Assembly: GCA_027310185.1 (NCBI GenBank)
Contig: DAIDBH010000018.1
Location: 32,001-96,000 of the forward strand
Direction: 5' to 3'
Source: Thermoplasmatales archaeon
GTDB lineage: Archaea; Thermoplasmatota; Thermoplasmata; Thermoplasmatales; Thermoplasmataceae
DNA length: 64,000 nucleotides
Position numbers and translations under genes: made by a program. Shown piece after piece: positions 42,445 through 53,394 of the stretch. Under the pieces are notes generated by a model. It was not told where the DNA came from, ran no database searches, and saw nothing but the letters and a program-made list of their open reading frames with translations. Numbering within the stretch: position 1 is the stretch's first letter; each line of letters starts with the position of its first letter.

Positions 42445-43623
42445 TTACTTTCTGGAAGTCCTTAATGCAGGAATGTATCCCAGAACAGATATGGCAAAGA
42501 TGGGAAGAGTTGCCACTGCATCATAAAGCGAGAAGTAGTCTGCAACAAACAGTATACTGGCTAGGGAAAGAACACGACCTGCTACCAGGTAGTATTCCCT
42601 GTTGATCCAGAAGTGCCTAGTTTTCTTGAAACCATCCAGGAATTGCATGAATTCACTTACTCCCAGATTTGAAAGGGGTGTGATGAAGAACAGTATTATG
42701 GAAGATGCCAGGAATATTAACACAAGGGTGTATGAGAATCTCAGAATGTATGCAATGGATGAAAGTATCACCATAATTATGGCATAGGGTACGTAGTCCC
42801 TGACCTTTCTTTTCATATATGGAGCAATCACATTTGAAACGAATCCAACAGATGCCGTAACAGTTCCATATGCACCTGTGAGGACAAAGTTCCTGGTCAA
42901 ATAGAAAACATATACGGGAATCAGTGTACTCATTACCATTCCAAGAATTGAAGAGGCAAAGAACAGTATCCTGAATTTTCCATAGTCATTTTCCCTTATT
43001 ATTGTATTTTTTATGTGGAATTCTCCACCCTTTTCTCCACTTGATCTGACAAGAAGAGACACAAAGCCTGAAAGAAGGAGCAGCAGGGATGCAAGTAGAA
43101 AATCGTTAAGATACCTATCTATGCCGGTTGCAAGGGAATATGCAATGAGGACACCAGCAACAGAAGGCGCAACAAGTGAGGTCAGGCTTGATACGGCAGA
43201 ATTTATGGAAAGGAAGTTAAATCTCTTTATCGACCTGGATATTGCCAGCGTGAAAGTGGCATTGCCTGCCCAGAAAATTCCTGAGGAAATCCCATATAGA
43301 AGGCCAAAGTAGACGGCATTTCCAGAGAAAAACGGAGAAATAAACAGGCTTGAAATGACAGCTGCTTTCAGGAAGGTTCCAATGGAATAGAGGAATCTCG
43401 CACTAACATACGCAATGAGATATGTGCCCACAAGAAAGAATAATGTTTGAGAGATCTGAAGTGATATCTGGAAGTATATCACATCGCTGATGTTGTTTGA
43501 CGCAAAGAAGAGTACATTTATGAATATACCGAACAGCCCATTGGAAAATGAGAAAAATCCAAAAGAAACATAATACTTTAAAGGGTCAAGACCATACTTC
43601 TCTTCACTCCCCTCTGCGTTCAT
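42445..43623 (-). CDS. MFS transporter
   Basis: 392 aa, about 12 TM, G...G.FW and REY....GR motifs. Confidence 0.82.
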   Translation of the reverse strand: MNAEGSEEKYGLDPLKYYVSFGFFSFSNGLFGIFINVLFFASNNISDVIYFQISLQISQTLFFLVGTYLIAYVSARFLYSIGTFLKAAVISSLFISPFFSGNAVYFGLLYGISSGIFWAGNATFTLAISRSIKRFNFLSINSAVSSLTSLVAPSVAGVLIAYSLATGIDRYLNDFLLASLLLLLSGFVSLLVRSSGEKGGEFHIKNTIIRENDYGKFRILFFASSILGMVMSTLIPVYVFYLTRNFVLTGAYGTVTASVGFVSNVIAPYMKRKVRDYVPYAIIMVILSSIAYILRFSYTLVLIFLASSIILFFITPLSNLGVSEFMQFLDGFKKTRHFWINREYYLVAGRVLSLASILFVADYFSLYDAVATLPIFAISVLGYIPALRTSRK

Positions 43624-43742
43624 CTATTCATATCTCTTCCAATCCAATAACAAACCAGATTATATTCATTGCTCTATACTACTGTTCATAGTCGAAAAGT
43701 CACAAATTTTAAGGTAAAATACAAGAATGTCATTTGTTACTC

Positions 43743-44696
43743 ATGGAAATTTTATTACTTGGTGGAAATGGTTTTGGTTTTGTTCATGCAGAGAGTTACA
43801 GAAGGCTTGGATATGATTTCTCAGTGTTTTCAAGAAATGAGGAGGTGTTGAAGAGATACAGGGATGAATTCCATGTCAGGAAGACATATAACGATCTCAA
43901 TGAGGCAATGAACTCATCCCAGGATGTGGTTGATATGGTTATGCCACATTACATGCATAAAGACCTGGCAATCAGGGCCATGAAGAACCGAAAAAATGTA
44001 CTGATAGAAAAGCCAATTGCAGGTACCCTCGACGAAGCAAGTGAGATGATACTGGCGTCCAGGGAAAACAATGTGAAATTCATGGTAGCAGAACAGTATC
44101 ATTTTGATTCATCACTCAAGTATGCAATGGAATGTTCAAAGAATGGAGTTATTGGAAAGATCCATACGATAATTGTCAGGAGTCAGAACCAGTTCAATAA
44201 CCAGGGATGGAGAACAAGTGAAAAGATGATGGGCGGAGGTGCACTGATCGATGGTGGCATACATTTCATTGAAGCGCTTCTGGATCTTGGTGGAGAATAT
44301 GAGGATATAGATTCAAGGGTCTATAAGGGTAAATCTTCCATTGAGGGTGAGGACAACACCGCATCGCTGATCAAATTCAGGACTGGAGTCACAGGCATTT
44401 TCTACTATTCGTGGAACTATATCTCACCTCCAGAGGTTCCTTCATATGAGGTCATAGGTACCGATGGGAGTGTCTATGAATACAGGGGTAACAGGAAAGC
44501 AAATCAACCAAGAACTGCCTTTGGTCTTCCAGTGCTCAATGGAAAGTTGCAGGAAATTAAGGAAGTTGATGTATTTGATGCTGAAATATCTGGATTCCTT
44601 GAGGCAGTTGATAAAAATGAGGATGTTCCATATTCACCAGAACTGGCTAAGAGGAACCTCGGGACTGTGCTTGAAATGTATAAAAATTACAGGTAA
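43743..44696 (+). CDS. Gfo/Idh/MocA family oxidoreductase
   Basis: LGG.GFG..H, PH..H, VLIEKP, GGGALIDGGIH. Confidence 0.92.
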   Translation: MEILLLGGNGFGFVHAESYRRLGYDFSVFSRNEEVLKRYRDEFHVRKTYNDLNEAMNSSQDVVDMVMPHYMHKDLAIRAMKNRKNVLIEKPIAGTLDEASEMILASRENNVKFMVAEQYHFDSSLKYAMECSKNGVIGKIHTIIVRSQNQFNNQGWRTSEKMMGGGALIDGGIHFIEALLDLGGEYEDIDSRVYKGKSSIEGEDNTASLIKFRTGVTGIFYYSWNYISPPEVPSYEVIGTDGSVYEYRGNRKANQPRTAFGLPVLNGKLQEIKEVDVFDAEISGFLEAVDKNEDVPYSPELAKRNLGTVLEMYKNYR

Positions 44697-44744
44697 TGTC
44701 CATTCTATCATGGAGAACGGATTATCCTTCTAATTTTTCAGGTA

Positions 44745-45983
44745 TTAAACATTGAATCTTGAAGGGGAGAACAATTTAAATTCATCAGGAATTGTCTTCC
44801 CATCCATAAGAACAGATATCAGTCTTCCCATTTCACCAGAATGCATCACTCCCTGCCTGCAGTTACCGGTAGCCCAGTAAAGATTTACAAATCTTGAAGA
44901 TCTTCCAAGAATGGCCAGGCTGTCAGGCGTGCACGGTCTCATTCCTGAACTTTTACTTGCAGGTTCTATCCCTTCAAGGAATCTGAATTTTTCGCTCATG
45001 ACCTTCTTCAGGTATTCAAAGCGTTCCACTGGTGGCTTGAATGCCTGTCCCCTGAATTCGAAGAAGCTTGTTGCCTTGAGACTGTTGCCCATTGGTATTG
45101 CATATACACCATCCTCGCTAAATTCAACAGGCATGTGAGGCTTTTCCTTTACATCATCATATGTAATACTGTGACCCCACCCAGGGGCCAGTGGTAGTTT
45201 CAATCCAAACATGGATGCAATTACAGTACTCCCCATCCCGGAGGAGACAAGAAATTCATCCCCCTTCACAGTTTCTCCATAAGAAACAATATGTTTTATT
45301 GAATCACTATTCATTTCTACTTTTTCAATATCCTTCTCTATTACCTCAACACCAGATTCCCTGTTGATTCTCCTCATCTCGCTGAGCAGTTTTCTCGGAT
45401 TGAGTGAGGATTCCTCCGGGTAGTAGATGCCAGATAGTGTGTTCGTTCCAAGGGCAGGCTCTTTTTCAATACATTGTTCAGGTGAAAGAACTTCATATTT
45501 GACAGTTCCATCTTTCTTCAACTCTTGCGAAATCTTTGTCATTTCTTCAATGTTCCTGAAGGTTTGCAACAATCCAGTATGTATAATGTCAACATTCATA
45601 TGGTGATTCTCCACAAACTCATTGAGGATTTCCATTGTCCCAGTTGTCAGCATATACTGGCTCTTCTTTCCACTTTCAGACAATATTTTCTGTCTGCTTC
45701 TTGAATATGCGGAAAACCATGACAAATTAGCCAGCATGAATCCCATTCCGAGCCTAACAGGGGATTCTCTCCTGAATAGCCATTTCATGTTGCCTTTCAA
45801 TCCCTCATATTCCGGAAGAGGAAAACTTAAACCTGGCCCAACAAGTCCAGCACTTGACCATGCAGCTGAATTACTGATATCCCTGCCTGCAAACCACTTT
45901 ACATTGTTACCATTCTTCCTGAGAAAATATGAGGAAAAGGCTCCAACAGGTCCGCCCCCAACAACAACTATATCTTTATTCAA
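44745..45983 (-). CDS. FAD-dependent D-amino acid dehydrogenase/oxidase (DadA-like)
   Basis: VVGGGPVG, SAG, GMRPCTPD.L.ILG, NLY.ATG...G; TTG start. Confidence 0.85.
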   Translation of the reverse strand: MNKDIVVVGGGPVGAFSSYFLRKNGNNVKWFAGRDISNSAAWSSAGLVGPGLSFPLPEYEGLKGNMKWLFRRESPVRLGMGFMLANLSWFSAYSRSRQKILSESGKKSQYMLTTGTMEILNEFVENHHMNVDIIHTGLLQTFRNIEEMTKISQELKKDGTVKYEVLSPEQCIEKEPALGTNTLSGIYYPEESSLNPRKLLSEMRRINRESGVEVIEKDIEKVEMNSDSIKHIVSYGETVKGDEFLVSSGMGSTVIASMFGLKLPLAPGWGHSITYDDVKEKPHMPVEFSEDGVYAIPMGNSLKATSFFEFRGQAFKPPVERFEYLKKVMSEKFRFLEGIEPASKSSGMRPCTPDSLAILGRSSRFVNLYWATGNCRQGVMHSGEMGRLISVLMDGKTIPDEFKLFSPSRFNV

Positions 45984-46196
45984 TTTGAAAACGAGATCAA
46001 TTGCCTAATTAAGCTTTTTGAAAAGAGAAGAACATCATGGGTCAACCACTTCATGGGCATAAAGTAGGTTATTAATTCGTATCTGCTATATATTACCATT
46101 ACTATTAATTAGGTTCTGTATCTCTATATATTTTATATATACTATTAAGAAAATCTATAAGGAAAATCATGCAATCTACATTTATTGGGAAGTGAG

Positions 46197-47708
46197 ATGG
46201 AAAACAATATTTTGGGTGGCCTTGATAATTCCGGATTGAGAAAAGGGCATGTAAAGACAATGTTTGTGGCTGGTATGGGTTTTTTCACAGATGCCTACCT
46301 GCTTTTCGTTCTTACAGTAGCAAGTCCAATACTCGCATCTACCTACGGCTTCAACCTTATTGCAATAAAGGGCACGACAAATCTTCTCGGCTTTCAGGTT
46401 CTCAACATCCAGATCATAGAAGGGTTGATATCATCAGCAGTACTTTTTGGAGCATTCTTTGGTGCCCTTATTTTCGGGCATATTTCAGATATGTATGGCA
46501 GGAAGAAGATATATGGCCTGGAACTTAGCATCATGATCATTTTCACCATTCTCTCCGCTGTTTCACTTAATTATCTAATGCTCATAATAACAAGATTCAT
46601 TGTAGGTATAGGTGTGGGAGGAGACTACCCGATCAGTTCAACAATAATGAGCGAGTATTCAAGCAGTAAGCACAGGGGAAAACTGGTCAGCATGGTTTTT
46701 GCCATGCAGGGATTTGGGCTTGTATCAGGAGCTCTGGTAGGTCTTGGATCAATTTACATACTCCCAATAGCCGATTCATGGAGATTAATGCTAGCTTTCG
46801 GTGCAATACCGGCAATATATGTTGTATACCTTAGAAGAAAATTGATGGAAACTCCAAGGTTCTCACTTCAGATAGAGGGAAACAAGGGTGCTGCTGAAAG
46901 GGCAATATCTACAATAACCGGTGTTGGCAATGAGGACGAGGCGGAAAAGTCACCTCAAAGAATTAAGAAGATGACAAACAAGGACTACATGCATTCACTC
47001 AGGAAGTATTTACTTTTCCTAGTTGGAACCACCATTTCATGGTTCATTTTCGATATGGCATTTTACGGAACAACACTGAATAATGGATTCATACTCCAGC
47101 AGATTGGATATGGGTCATCCACTTCACTCAGGACTACAATATTCAACACTGCCATAGGAGATACAATACTTGCCGGTGCTTTCGCACTTCCGGGCTACTG
47201 GATCGCTGTTGGCCTTATAGACAGGGCGGGAAGAAGACTCCTTCAGTGGATAGGATTTGCGGTGATGGCTGTTGCCTACATTATACTTGGTCTTGAATAC
47301 TCATTTCTCAAGTCTGATATAGATCTGTTCATCATGATTTTTGGTGTTTCATACCTGTTCGGAAACATAGGTCCAAACACCACAACATTCATTCTCCCAA
47401 CAGAACTCTTCCCCACATCTATCAGATCTACAGCACATGGAATAGCAGCATCAATTGCAAAACTTGGAGCTGGAATATTCACATTCCTTTTCCTTATACT
47501 GGGAACAGCACTTGGAAATGGTGGTGAATTCGAGTTACTTGGAGCCATGGCAGCAATTGGAGCAGTTGTAACATTGCTGACGATCCGTGAAACAAAGGGA
47601 TTGAGTCTGGAGGTTGCTTCAGAGGTACCATCAGAAGGTGTCTGGAACTTCAAGCCAAATGAGAAAACGACGGTCGAAAAGGCAAGAAAAACAACTAAAA
47701 TCAATTAA
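46197..47708 (+). CDS. MFS phosphate:H+ symporter family (Pho84-like)
   Basis: GMGFFTDAY, GGDYP.S..IMSEY, RG.LV..VFAMQG.G, WFIFDMAFYG, NIGPNTTTF..P.E.FP, AKLG. Confidence 0.88.
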   Translation: MENNILGGLDNSGLRKGHVKTMFVAGMGFFTDAYLLFVLTVASPILASTYGFNLIAIKGTTNLLGFQVLNIQIIEGLISSAVLFGAFFGALIFGHISDMYGRKKIYGLELSIMIIFTILSAVSLNYLMLIITRFIVGIGVGGDYPISSTIMSEYSSSKHRGKLVSMVFAMQGFGLVSGALVGLGSIYILPIADSWRLMLAFGAIPAIYVVYLRRKLMETPRFSLQIEGNKGAAERAISTITGVGNEDEAEKSPQRIKKMTNKDYMHSLRKYLLFLVGTTISWFIFDMAFYGTTLNNGFILQQIGYGSSTSLRTTIFNTAIGDTILAGAFALPGYWIAVGLIDRAGRRLLQWIGFAVMAVAYIILGLEYSFLKSDIDLFIMIFGVSYLFGNIGPNTTTFILPTELFPTSIRSTAHGIAASIAKLGAGIFTFLFLILGTALGNGGEFELLGAMAAIGAVVTLLTIRETKGLSLEVASEVPSEGVWNFKPNEKTTVEKARKTTKIN

Positions 47709-47891
47709 AATTTTCTATATAAAACTCTACTGCACGTATTGAGAGATATAAGAAATTCTATATATTCATCATAATTTTTTTCATAATATTTCAGGACTTA
47801 TAATATCCTAAGAATTCTTCATTTACAGGCTTAAAATCCACTGTTCGGTCTATATTCCACAACAGGAAATTTCTATATATTGTAACCATAT

Positions 47892-48335
47892 GTGCATTTA
47901 ATGAAACCCTTCAAGCTTGACCAGCTCGATTTGGATATTATCGAGATACTGGAGGAGGACTGTTCACTGACCTATAATGAGATTGCAGAAAGAACAGGCA
48001 AAAATCTCTGGACAGTAAGGGATAGGATGGCATTATTAAAACAGAGGGGTATATTAAAGGGATGCAGGGGAGATATAGATTACACAAAGCTTGGCATGGG
48101 TTGTAAGGCATACATATCGTTCAATATCCAGGCTGAAAAAATAGATGAATTTGTATCCTTTGTAAGGAGAGAAAAGAGAATAAAGAAACTCATAATCACA
48201 ACAGGATCAAGGAGGTTCAGTATACAGATTGTTGGAGAAGAGTGTGGTGAAATAAGGAATTACGCAAGAAGCATCCTTCCAACATATGGTGTATATGATG
48301 TGGACTTTGAAGTCATACTGGATGAAGTACCCTAA
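47892..48335 (+). CDS. Lrp/AsnC family regulator
   Basis: LD.LD..I...L..D....Y.EIA...G....TV..R...L...G.....IDY.KLG, TG. Start may be ATG 47901. Confidence 0.9.
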   Translation: MHLMKPFKLDQLDLDIIEILEEDCSLTYNEIAERTGKNLWTVRDRMALLKQRGILKGCRGDIDYTKLGMGCKAYISFNIQAEKIDEFVSFVRREKRIKKLIITTGSRRFSIQIVGEECGEIRNYARSILPTYGVYDVDFEVILDEVP

Positions 48336-48457
48336 GCATACGAAGGTAGCTAAGGATTTAAACGTTTTCTAGACCGGCACAATTTTTGTTGAAAATCGAT
48401 CCAATATGAAATTTTTTTGCCAGACATTACTTAATATAATCGACACATCCTTTCATC

Positions 48458-49180
48458 ATGACAGATGAAATGGAAGAAATAGAAAGATTTGCAAAGTCCA
48501 CTCTAGGAGGGATGCCAGAAGTGATAAAGCTTCTCGGTCATCACAACGTAGAACTGGCCAAGGAGCAGTTCAGGGAGAACACTGAAATGTATCTTGGGAG
48601 AAAGAGCATTCCGAAAAAGACACTGGCTCTTATGGCAATGTCCGTGTCACTATCAAATGGACAGGAAAACTCTGCCATGGTACATTTCAAGCTTGCACGG
48701 AACTTTGGGGCAGAAATGTTGGAGATACTTGACTCCATAAAAATTGCAAAAATGGTTGTAATGGCATCAACAATGTCAGTAATGAATGCAATATTGCCAG
48801 TGGTGCAGAATAAGAACGGAAAGGCAGCAGAGGATATTGAAATAAAGAAGATACTGGGAAAGATCCAATCAGAATCACATATGGATTCTCTTCCAGATGA
48901 CCTTGTTTCCCTCTCTTCAGTTTCATTTGGGCTACTTGAAGAGCATCTGAAGGAAAAGGCGGAGTTACTTTCACCATTTGTTATGAGCCAGAAGGATGTC
49001 TTCCTCGTAGCATTTGCCGATGCTGTTTCCATAAGGTACCCGGAATGTGCAAAGGTGTATCTAACGCAGTTCTTCATGAAAGGAGGAACAGAGAAAGAGA
49101 TGGAAGATGCACTGTTTCTTACGAGATTCATAACAGGGAACAGAACCCTGACTTCAGCTGTGGGGATACTTAAATGGTAA
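48458..49180 (+). CDS. Tandem carboxymuconolactone decarboxylase/AhpD-like protein
   Basis: Two similar halves (GGMPEV / DSLPDD; K...L.A...S.S; H...A...GA...EI and G.TE.E..DA). Confidence 0.72.
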   Translation: MTDEMEEIERFAKSTLGGMPEVIKLLGHHNVELAKEQFRENTEMYLGRKSIPKKTLALMAMSVSLSNGQENSAMVHFKLARNFGAEMLEILDSIKIAKMVVMASTMSVMNAILPVVQNKNGKAAEDIEIKKILGKIQSESHMDSLPDDLVSLSSVSFGLLEEHLKEKAELLSPFVMSQKDVFLVAFADAVSIRYPECAKVYLTQFFMKGGTEKEMEDALFLTRFITGNRTLTSAVGILKW

Positions 49181-49208
49181 ACTACAATCTTGTTCATATA
49201 AGGGAGGA

Positions 49209-50279
49209 ATGAAGATGAGAAAAAGTACACTAAACCTGTTCGGTTCAGAATGGTTCGGAATGGCCATATCAACACTTGCACTGGCCCAGATATATATTCT
49301 TGCCTTTGGAGAAACAGGAGATATCTGGTATAATTATCTTGCCGAGGGGCTTTCCATTTTAGGGATAATTATATTTCTGGTAATTCTCACCATATGGATC
49401 ATAAGAGGGCTGGCCATAAGAGACAAGGTATTTACACACTGGAATAATCTTACACGGCTGAGTTTTGTGGCCCTCATTCCAATCACAGGATTTGTGGCTA
49501 ATTATCAGCTAATATATTTCTTCGGTCTCACAGGATTGACTGCAGATCTATCTGCCCTGAACTTCTATGGAGAATATTTCTTCGCACTCATTCTTGGGGT
49601 CCTCCTTGGCTACAGATTATACACAAAGGAAATCAACCCAAGGGAAATGAACTATGCAATTGTGATCCCACCACTGGCAATAGGAACAAGCGTCTTTCTC
49701 GCTACTCCTCTCATGAAGTACTTTGGAGGTTTTGAAGCACAAACCATGTATTTTCTTGTCCTGATGGGACTTGGTATATTCTTCTTCCTGTACATATTCA
49801 TAGGTTCACTTGCATTATCCGGGCATGTAGCCACAAAGGTTCATGACTCTCTTCCAACAACAATGCTTCCGGTGGGAATCTCAAGCCTGATAATCATAAA
49901 CCTTTTCACAATTTCAGGTTTCAGTGTGATCGGCAATATCTCTCTCTCAGCAACAACAGTTGAACTCGTTTCCATACTGCTATGGGGATTTGAAGTCTGG
50001 AACTTCCTGGTAGTCCTAATATTGATATTCACCAAGCCCTCAAGAGGGACACTGGGTGTATGGGCCTATGGGTTTCCTCTTGGCCTCTTTGCAACATCCA
50101 CAATAAAGATATTTGGTTTCACGAGTTACTCTGCACTGCTCTGGGCCTTCGTAGGGATATCAGCTGCACTGAATATACTGTGGGTTTATGCATGGATCAA
50201 TACCGCCTTATTCATGAGATCGAAGTTGAGGGAAGAAGTAAGGGAAAAAAGAGCAACTGTGTCAGGAAGAATGGAATGA
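49209..50279 (+). CDS. TDT/SLAC1 family anion transporter
   Basis: WFG...ST, about 10 TM, IPP, WAYGFPLG.FA. Confidence 0.82.
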   Translation: MKMRKSTLNLFGSEWFGMAISTLALAQIYILAFGETGDIWYNYLAEGLSILGIIIFLVILTIWIIRGLAIRDKVFTHWNNLTRLSFVALIPITGFVANYQLIYFFGLTGLTADLSALNFYGEYFFALILGVLLGYRLYTKEINPREMNYAIVIPPLAIGTSVFLATPLMKYFGGFEAQTMYFLVLMGLGIFFFLYIFIGSLALSGHVATKVHDSLPTTMLPVGISSLIIINLFTISGFSVIGNISLSATTVELVSILLWGFEVWNFLVVLILIFTKPSRGTLGVWAYGFPLGLFATSTIKIFGFTSYSALLWAFVGISAALNILWVYAWINTALFMRSKLREEVREKRATVSGRME

Positions 50280-50390
50280 AGTCCATCTTTCTATACTATT
50301 TATGCATCTAATGCCAATATTGATTTGAAAAATTTTAAAATTAAGGGTTACTGGAAAATTGTAAATTTGCAGGTTTAAAAATTTTTATTC

Positions 50391-51839
50391 TTATTTCATT
50401 CCAGTTTTTGCACTCATCGCATTATCCGCAAGAAGAGAATTCTCACCTGATATCTGATCCAGATCAAGTCTCTTGGGTTCAGGCAGGAGAGTAACTGTTA
50501 ATATCAAACCCAGCACTGAGAGAAATGCCAGTATAAGGAATAGACCCGACTCACCGATGGATGAGGAAATTATTATGACATTCAGGAAAGTTCCTATAAA
50601 CGCCCCAGTTTTTCCACCAGCTGCCGATGCCCCTGATCCAAATCCCCGCACTTTTGTTGGGAATACTTCCGGTGGGTAGATGAATGTAGTTACATTTGGG
50701 CCGAATTCTATGAAGAAGTAACTTATTCCATATACTGCAAGGAACTCAGCCACGTAAGAAGCTGAAAGTAACTGGTGGAATATTCCGAGTATTGCAAAAC
50801 TGATTGCCATCGCTGTAAATCCAATGATCTGGATAGGCTTCCTTCCGATCCTGTCTATTGTAAACGTGGCCAGCCAGTATCCAGGAAGGGCTGCTAAACC
50901 GAAAATCAATGCACTGTATTCTGTGGTAGTTATGAGATGATGCAATCCAGTTACTGATGCTGGAACTAAAACTGAAAGCATTGTGTTTGACATTATGGAG
51001 TTTCCATACAGAGCCCAGTCCATGAGAAACCAGGATCCCGCAGTTCCAAGGAGTGTAAGAAGGAATTTTCTCTGCTTTAATATTTCTGTCCATGATTCTC
51101 TAACAGTTTCTGTGGTTGCGTCTGCTGTTGCAGATATGCCTGTATATTTCTTCCAGTTCTTAGTTGCACCCTGTGCATCTCCCTTAACCCTGAGAAGGTA
51201 TCTTGGTGTTTCTGGCATCCTTCTCCTGTAGTATATCACTGACATAGCAGGAATTGCACCGAATGCCAGAAGAAGCTTCCAGACAAGTCCGAGATTCATT
51301 CCAGAGTATATCAGTCCCAGTGAAATAAGAGGGCCAGCAAGAAGTCCCAGTGACTGCATGGAGAAAACCATTCCAACAAGTTTGCCTCTGCTCTTTGTGT
51401 TTGAATACTCTGCCATGATGGTGGAACTTGTTGCGTAATCTCCTCCTATTCCTATTCCAAGGATAAATCTCCATATGATCAGTATATACACTCCATTTAT
51501 TGGAGTCAGGAATGCACTTCCAAGAGCACCAACAACCAGGATTACAAGCTCCAGGCCATAAATGGCTTTTCTCCCGAGCTTATCCAGAAGCCTTCCAAAT
51601 ATAAGTGCTCCGATAACTGCAGATAACAGTGCCGTGGAATCAAGGAGTGATGACTCCAGGGTGGAGAACTGAGTCCATCCAGAAAGGACCAGAATACTTG
51701 TTACCACACCTATAATAAAAAGATCATAAGCATCGGTAAAAAAACCAAGACCAGATATCAACCACGTTTTGTAGTGAAAGCTGGTAGTCTTTGTATCATT
51801 TATAGACTCTATCAAGTCTTTTTTTGTTTCGGTATCCAT
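50391..51839 (-). CDS. MFS phosphate:H+ symporter family paralog
   Basis: GLGFFTDAYDLF, GGDYA.S..IM.EY, MQS.G, MPETPRY, WFLMDWALYG, EFGPN.TTF..P.EVFP, GK.G. Confidence 0.85.
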   Translation of the reverse strand: MDTETKKDLIESINDTKTTSFHYKTWLISGLGFFTDAYDLFIIGVVTSILVLSGWTQFSTLESSLLDSTALLSAVIGALIFGRLLDKLGRKAIYGLELVILVVGALGSAFLTPINGVYILIIWRFILGIGIGGDYATSSTIMAEYSNTKSRGKLVGMVFSMQSLGLLAGPLISLGLIYSGMNLGLVWKLLLAFGAIPAMSVIYYRRRMPETPRYLLRVKGDAQGATKNWKKYTGISATADATTETVRESWTEILKQRKFLLTLLGTAGSWFLMDWALYGNSIMSNTMLSVLVPASVTGLHHLITTTEYSALIFGLAALPGYWLATFTIDRIGRKPIQIIGFTAMAISFAILGIFHQLLSASYVAEFLAVYGISYFFIEFGPNVTTFIYPPEVFPTKVRGFGSGASAAGGKTGAFIGTFLNVIIISSSIGESGLFLILAFLSVLGLILTVTLLPEPKRLDLDQISGENSLLADNAMSAKTGMK

Positions 51840-52179
51840 ACCATATGGATCAGTGAGAGGATAAGCATAATGATTTTCTGCATAAAATATAATCTTCAAT
51901 ATAGGTGTATATATTATAAATAAGCCGTGCCACAATTCAAAAGAGGTTTTATGAATCTTACTTGAAAGTGATTACCTCCTATCCCACGTTATTAATACCT
52001 GTATCCTGTTATTGTAAAATATCAAGTTACCTGATTTCTGCTATTAATACTTATAAACAATCGATTACCGGGATTCACTATACAGAGTTTAGGTCAATAG
52101 TATTTACTTTATTGATCTTATTGAAATATTTTGAACCACCTACAAAGCTTGACATTACGTTTTTAGAGTTTAAATGGAA

Positions 52180-52251
<72 letters not shown>

Positions 52252-52448
52252 TCGTGTCTGAATGTGATTATAGATAATTAGTTTTTTTATCAATGTCATC
52301 TATTTTATGTATTGAGTTAGGTTGGGATTTTCATTAATATAATTCACATCTACATGATCTTTCTTAACACATAAAATATTAAACAATCGTAGGATAATTT
52401 GTATATATCATTCATCTACAATTTTATATTGAATTGATATGCACATCA

Positions 52449-53294
52449 ATGAGCGGTATCATTATTGTTCATGGCGGAGTAGGATCAAAGGGAAGATCAC
52501 CGGAAGATATGAACGGTGTTGCATCAAAAAGCATGGATGAAGATGTACTCAAAACAGTCGTGAATGCAGTTGTAAGTATGGAAGATGACCCAAGATTCAA
52601 CGCCGGGACAGGGTCAGTCATAAGGATAGATGGCTCCATACAGATGGATGCCGCGGTAGCAGTCCCAGGTTCTTTCGGTTCAGTGATCAATATAGAAAGA
52701 GTCAGGAATCCTGTACTTGTCGCCCTCGATGTTATGCAGAAAACGCCACATATAGCAATAGCCGGATCAGGAGCTGTACAGTTTGCAAGAAGGTCTGGTT
52801 ATCCAGATTATGATCCAGTTACAGAAAAAGCCAGAGTAGCATATAAAAAGATGGTAAACGCCATCAATGACAAAGCAAATGAGGAAGAAAGGTACGCAAC
52901 AATAAAGAGGTTGATAGAGGAGGGGCTCGTGGAAGAGCCACATGACACCGTTGGTGCAGTAGCGTACATAAATGGTAAATTCGCGGCTGCGGTTTCAACA
53001 GGAGGTGCTTCCCCAATGATGCCAGGAAGAGTAGGTGATGTGCCACTTATAGGTGCAGGAATTTACTGCGGTCTCAACGGTGCAGTGGTTGCGACCGGAC
53101 TGGGTGAGGAAATTGCAAAAAAGCTTCTATGTTACAGAATTTACTCAAGAATAGGAGAGGAACCACTGAACAAGATACTTATGGAAGAAATAGATAACAT
53201 GGAAGGCAAGCTTGCAGGTGTCATTGCCGTTTCCAGAAAGGAATACGGCTTCTTTTCAAATGGAGCGATGCCAGTAGACTCATTTGAATTCTAA
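52449..53294 (+). CDS. Isoaspartyl peptidase/L-asparaginase (Ntn hydrolase)
   Basis: IIVHGG.G, MEDDP.FNAG.GS, QMDA, DTVGAVA autocleavage site, STGG....PGRVGD.P..GAG, TG.GE. Confidence 0.93.
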   Translation: MSGIIIVHGGVGSKGRSPEDMNGVASKSMDEDVLKTVVNAVVSMEDDPRFNAGTGSVIRIDGSIQMDAAVAVPGSFGSVINIERVRNPVLVALDVMQKTPHIAIAGSGAVQFARRSGYPDYDPVTEKARVAYKKMVNAINDKANEEERYATIKRLIEEGLVEEPHDTVGAVAYINGKFAAAVSTGGASPMMPGRVGDVPLIGAGIYCGLNGAVVATGLGEEIAKKLLCYRIYSRIGEEPLNKILMEEIDNMEGKLAGVIAVSRKEYGFFSNGAMPVDSFEF

Positions 53295-53394
53295 TTTTTA
53301 ACCATACCGGTTATCTTATTTAAAAATATGTGCTTAACCTCCTTTTTTTATGAAAATTTATATTGAAAGAATACATGAATAGCGGTCTGGGAAT

